From NCBI RefSeq assembly GCF_902713615.1, contig NC_052168.1, forward strand, positions 2,914,001-2,978,000: a stretch of 64,000 bases of DNA, given 5' to 3'. The first letter of the stretch is position 1, and the number at the start of each line of letters is the position of its first letter. The notes below the pieces were generated by a model, which saw only the letters and a list, made by a program, of their open reading frames with translations, was not told the DNA's origin and did no database searches. The stretch comes from Scyliorhinus canicula (Eukaryota). A program made the position numbers and the translations under genes. Shown one piece after another: positions 58,587 through 64,000 of the stretch.

Positions 58587-61500
58587 GGACTTCCTGGGGA
58601 AAACAAATAGACGGTCGTGAGGGGTCTCGTTTGAGGCTGTACAGAGGAGCGACCGAATGGAGTGGAGGGCGTCTGGGAGGACCTCCTGCCAACGGGAAAC
58701 CGGGAGACGTCTAGACCATACGGCCAGAAGGACGGCCTTCCATACCGTCATGTTCTCCCTCTCCACCTGTCCGTTTCCCCGGGGGGGGTTGTAGCTGGTA
58801 GTCCTGCTCGAGGCAATGCCCTTACCGAGCAGGTACTGACGCAGCTCATCGCTCATAAACGAGGCGCCCAGTCACTGTGGACGTAAGTGGGGAAACCGAA
58901 CAGGGTGAAGATGCTGTGCAGGGCCTTAATGACAGCGGCCGTGGTCATGTCGGGACATAGGACGGCGAAGGGGAAATGGGAGTACTCGTCAACGACGTTG
59001 GGAAATTACATGTTGTGGTCAGTGGCGCTCAAAGGGGCGGGAGGCCTTCACCAGGTGGGCCTTGATGCGGCTGAAGGCCAGACGGGCCTCAATTGTCAGG
59101 GGAAAGATGGTGGCTTTGATAAGTGGGCGGGCTTTGTCCGCATAGTTGGGGACCCACTGGGCATAATATGAGAAGAACCCCAGGCATCTTTTCAGGGCCT
59201 TGGGGCAGTGGGGAAGGGGGAGTTGCAGGGGGGGGTGCATGCGGTCTGGGTCGGGCCCTAGGACTCTGTTTTCCATGACATAGCCGAGGATGGCTAGTCG
59301 GGTTGTGCAGAAAACGCATTTCTCCTTGTTGGAGGTGAGATTAAGGGTTTGGGCGGTTTGGAGAAACTTCTGGAGGTTGGCGTCGTGGTCCTGCTGATCA
59401 TAGCCGCAGATGTTGACATTATCCAAGTACAGGAACGTGGCCCGCTGCCAGTGCTGGTCAACCATTCGGTCCATCGTTCTTTAGAAGACCGAGACCCCAT
59501 TGGTGACGCCGAAGGGGACCCTGAGGAAGTGGAAGAGGCGGCCATCTGCCTCAAAGGGGGATCGGAAGCCGGTGGTACGCGGACTTCAGATCTACTGTGG
59601 AGATAACCTGGTAGTGTGCAATTTGCTTAACCGTATCCGCTATGCGGGGAAGGGGGTACGCATCGAGTTGCATGTACCGATTTATGGTCTGGCTGTAGTC
59701 TACAACCATCCAGTTCTATTCCCCGGTCCTGACGACCACCACTCGGGCTCTCCAGGGGCTAATACTGGCCTCGATGACCCCCTCCCTCAAGAGCCGCTGG
59801 ACCTCCGACTTGATAAAAGTCCTGTCCTGGGCACTGTACCGCCTGCTCCAGGTGGCGACGGGTTTACAATCGGAGTCGAGGTTCACGAAGAGCGAGAACC
59901 TTACGGGTTGCGAGGCTACATACGGTGAGAGGTGGTAGGGGTCCGCCGAACTTCAGGGTCAGGCTTCTGAGGTTGCACTGGAAATCCAGTCCTAACAAGA
60001 GAGGAGCGCAGAGATGGGGGAAGGACATAGAGTTTAAAATTGGCGTACTCGGCGATCCTGTATCGCGAGATTCGCGATGCAGTACCCCCGGATCTGCACT
60101 GAATGTGATCCGGAAGGGAGATTGTTTGGGATGCGGGAGAAATCTGGAGGGAGCAGCGCCTTACCGTGTCCGGATGGATGAAACCCTCCGTGCTCCCGGA
60201 GTCGAACAGACAGGGCGTTTCGTGCCCATTGACCCGCACGGTCATCATGGAGTTCTTGAGGTGCTTGGGCCGTGACTGGTCGAGAGTGACCGCACCGAGC
60301 TGCGGGTAGTCGGCGTGGTCGGTGGTAGCGAGGTGGTCCCAAGATGGCAGCCAAGATGGCGACCCTCGTCAGTTGCACGTGTCAGGTGGCGTTGAAGATG
60401 GTGGCCCCCATGAGTCGTACGTGTTGGACGGAGTTAAAGATGGTGGTCCCCACGGATAGCATGAGGCGGATGATGCGTCAGAACAGGGCGATACTGGCAG
60501 GCACGCAGCCACACTGAGGGGTCTGCGATTTTGGAACTTTGGGTCGGCCCAAGCAGGCTTTGGCAAAATGTCCTTTCTTGCCGCAGTTGCTGCAGGTTGC
60601 TTTCCGAGCTGGGCAACGCTGTCTGGAGTGCTGGTTCTGACCGCAGAAATAGCAAGACGGCCCCCCGGGTTGGGGAGGCAGCCGCGCAGTACAGGCCTGG
60701 GACACCCTCGGGTCGGGTAATGGCCGCGCCTCAAGCGCCCACGATGAAATTGCGTGGTCGGAGGGGAATGCATTTAGGCTCTGGGAGGCTACCTCTAACG
60801 AGGTGGATAGTTTTACCGTCTCTTCTAGGTCGAGGGTGCCCTTTTCGAGCAGGCGCTGTCTGACATAGCTGGACCGGACTCCAGCCACAAAGGTGTCACG
60901 GATGGCGAGTTCCATGTGCTGCGAGGCCTTGACATCCTTGTAGTCACAGTTCTGAGCGAGTAGCCTCAAGTTGTGTAGATATTCCTCCAGTGATTCCCCG
61001 GAGCGTTGACGGCGTGTGGTGAGGAGATGCCGCGCCAACACTTCGTTCACCGGCTTCACGTGATGTCTTTTCAGGATCGCAATCGCATCTGCATACGTGG
61101 TCGCGTCCTCAATTAGTGAAAAGATTCTGTGGCTCACCCGGGCGTGGAGGAGTCTCAGTTTCTGTACCTCGGTGATGGCGGGCGAGGAGAAGGAGGCGAG
61201 GTAGGCCTCAAAGCAGCGGAGCCAATGTGGGAAGGTTCCTTTGGCTTCAGCTGCCTGTGGGTCGAGTTCCAGTAGATCAAATTTGAGGGCAGCTTCCATT
61301 GCAATGTCGAGGGCGCCCTTTTCGAGCAGGTGCTGTCTGACATAGTTGGACCGGACTCCAGCCACATAGGTGTCCCGGATGGCGAGTTCCATGTGCTGCG
61401 AGGCCGTGACGTCCTTGTAGTCACAGTTCCAAGCGAGTACCCTCAGGTTGTCTAGATATTCCTCCAGTGATTCCCCGGGGCGTTGACGACGTGTGGCGAG

Positions 61501-61967
61501 GAGATGCCGCGCCAACACTTCGTTCACCGGCCTCACGTAATGTCTTTTCAGGATCGCGATCGCGTACGTGGCCGCGTCCTCAATTAGTGAAAAGATTCTG
61601 TGGTTCACCCGGGCGTGGAGGAGTCTCAGTTTCTGTACCTCGGTGATGGCGGGTGAGGAGAAGGAGGCGAGGTAGGCCTCAAAGCAGCGGAGCCAATGTG
61701 GGAAGATTCCTTTGGCTTCAGCTGCCTGTGGGTTGAGTTCCAGTCGATCAGGTTTGAGGGCGGCTTCCATTGCGATATCGTAGCTTATTAAATTGATGCG
61801 ACCATCAATTCGCACGAGACGATTAGTAGAGGTGAACAGTGGTTTTAATCAGCTAGATCTGTGGCTGCCCCACCCCCGAGGGTGCACAGACACAGGCAGA
61901 GCCCTCAAGGGTATCAAGATAATACAATACAATAGTGGTGACTTGTAGTAGCAACACGTTCACCACA
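58587..61967 (-). mobile_element. Ty3/Gypsy (Mag-like) LTR retrotransposon with decayed pol; 5' LTR 61794-~61965, 3' LTR remnant 57042-57076
   Basis: Gag with double zinc knuckle CYFCGQNQHSRQRCPARKATCSNCGKKGHFAKAC, protease LFDSGST, RT YLDNV, integrase GNGQVERENM. LTR end TGATGCGACCATCAATTC occurs at both 61794 and 57042. Confidence 0.9.
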
Positions 61968-62171
61968 CTGGACATAAATGTCAGGTTTTTGGTCAGTTGA
62001 GAGTTCAAGGAGGATAAAGGAAGTGAGGTATGTTTAATGGCAGAGATGGAGAATGAATTTTAATAAATGGTAAAGTAATGTATTTTAAATGAGTAGAAGG
62101 TAATTGTAAATTAAAGAGAGTAATTTTTATGATGGAATTAATGATTAAAGTGAAGGAGAGACTGTGGTTGC

Positions 62172-62232
62172 CAGGAAGTGACGTCTTATCCCAGTATAAA
62201 AGGGTAGCTCCAGTCCACTTGCGCCCTCTTTC
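62172..62232 (+). promoter_or_regulatory. RPL3 core promoter: ETS/GABP CAGGAAGT, CRE-like TGACGTC, TATAAAA (62195), TCT/5'TOP initiator CCCTCTTTC (62224-62232)
   Basis: Classic ribosomal-protein promoter layout; TATA ~30 nt before the pyrimidine initiator. YY1-type AAAATGGCG at 62424 in intron 1. Confidence 0.85.
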
Positions 62233-62247
62233 AGGCCAACTTCAGTG

Positions 62248-62250
62248 ATG
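62248..62250 (+). CDS. RPL3: RPL3 exon 1 coding part (ATG only)
   Basis: ATG|GTGAGT after a short TOP 5'UTR, joining in phase 0 to SHRKF. Confidence 0.92.
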
Positions 62251-62830
62251 GTGAGTTGTCGCTTTTGATCCGATCGCTATCACAGCCATCCGCGGGCGTA
62301 GCGCTTTACTGCGGCCGCATACGTGTCCACGACCTCATTAGCGACAGAATCTATGTTGTATTGATCGGATATTTTGAGGACGATGCGGGGGAAAGCGGAT
62401 AAAGCGCTTTTGCGACTGGACACAAAATGGCGACGGCCGGCAAGCCGGCTCGGGTGGGTGCAATCCGAGTAACATCGGAGCCATCCTGCGCCATCACGCT
62501 ACGACAGCGGCCGAGATCGCTGCTGTGCTAGTCGCGTTTCGGGTTCCTGCCGCTATTTCCATGCGTTCCATCCGGATAAGATGTTCAAGAACCGATGCGA
62601 CGTCTAGAGGGGCGCCGAAACATGCTTCCCAAAATGGAGTCCCAGTTTCTAGGCAAGGTGGGAGGGAGTCGAGCGCTAAATTCAAATCTACACCAATGCA
62701 GAATTCAAACTTGGCAGGGTGTAGCAATAAAGATCATTGCAATGCCAAGTATAGGTTTGTGGCTTCTAACGGCATTTAAGCAGCTTTTTAAAAATACGTT
62801 ATTATTTAGATGCTATTTTCCCACCTGTAA

Positions 62831-63082
<252 letters not shown>

Positions 63083-63765
63083 TAACGTTTGAATTCATCA
63101 AGAATGCTACACGTGGCACCCATGCCTATACATGTCTCCACTGAGGGGCGAGGGCTACTATGATCTTGATGCTTTTGACATTGGCCTTTGATGTTAGGGT
63201 TAGGGCTGATTTGGTTGCCTTTTTTTCCCTGGAACGGATTCTCATTTCTAAAAAATTTAGATGAATCCATCGTCTGACAGCATGGTGCCACAGTGGGTTA
63301 GTCCTGCAGCCTCACGGCGCCGAGGTCCCAGGTTAGATCCCGGCTCTGGGCGTTTTGGGTTGTGGGGATGACACCCAAGCAGACACTGGGAGAATGTGCA
63401 AGCTCCACATGGACAGTGACCTGGGTAGGAGCAGATACGGTCATGGCTAATCTGATTGGCTGTGACCCCACCCCCCATAACATTTTCTCTCGTAGGCTAA
63501 AGATTTGAGGGGCTAAGCCGAGTAAACTTGACAAATTATTAAAGCATGTGCCTTGGATCCAAGAAGTCTTGGCAGTGATTTGGTTCACGAAGGTTCCTTT
63601 CATGCTTTCACAACATAGCAGCTTTAATTTAATAAACCCTACTCTAGACTGGGTGTAAGCCATGTCTTAGAGAGGGGATGCTGGAGATGTAAACTTAGTA
63701 AAATTTTTAATTTCTTACCTCTGCATGCCTCTGGGCCTGTGCAGGCAATGAAGTAAAGTTCAGCA

Positions 63766-63849
63766 ACTACACGTGATGATATCCTCGACGGGCGGTCATA
63801 ATTATCACCTCGGTGATTTTTGCTGAATGTCGAGTTTTCTGACTGTAGT
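63766..63849 (+). ncRNA. SNORD43: Box C/D snoRNA, SNORD43/U43 orthologue (guides 18S Cm1703-equivalent)
   Basis: C box GTGATGA 63773; guide CGACGGGCGGT 63786-63796 complementary to 18S ACCGCCCGUCG; D' CATA; C' TGCTGA; D box CTGA 63839; terminal stem ACTACA/TGTAGT. RPL3 is the known host gene. Confidence 0.9.
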
Positions 63850-64000
63850 GCAATAAAGGCTAGACTTGCAGGGATGTCATGCTTTTCGGAATGATAGGAA
63901 GCAGGTTTGAGCTTGTAATTGTTCCTATGCCAGAGCATGGAGCTAGTATTTAGTTTGTCAGTTGCATTCTCTTCTGTAGCAGTGTGACTGATTAAACCAG

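Noticed and set aside
63155-63215. Second C/D snoRNA in RPL3 intron 2 (ATGATC...CTGA)
   Set aside because: Poor C box, no terminal stem and no recognisable rRNA guide.

Overview
Repeat-rich vertebrate genomic DNA, almost certainly from a shark (elasmobranch): it is dense in HE1-type V-SINEs and CR1/HER1-like LINE fragments. It contains four host genes. (1) EIF3D on +, with 14 coding exons at 4857-25600 (about 550 aa; the 3' end is ambiguous). (2) An intact two-exon neuropeptide B/W-family precursor on + (31440-31712 and 32192-32323, 134 aa) with TATA box and polyA signal. (3) Exon 1 of a synaptogyrin, most like SYNGR1, on - (38771-38878), cut off by a 500-N gap. (4) The promoter and first two exons of RPL3 on +, with an intronic SNORD43 orthologue. 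The main candidate novelty is the neuropeptide gene. It lies among EIF3D/SYNGR1/RPL3 (the human chr22 block), whereas mammalian NPB and NPW lie in the SYNGR2 and SYNGR3/RPL3L blocks, so it may be a third NPB/W ohnolog absent from mammals. The rest is transposon-derived: SINEs with three different tails, CR1, L1, Tx1, Rex1 and Penelope-like fragments, an ORF1-only L1, a Mag-like Gypsy element with duplicated gag and an apparent self-priming site, solo LTRs, MITEs and TE-derived minisatellites. All homology calls were made by eye from remembered sequences and no searches were run. Repeat boundaries are approximate.
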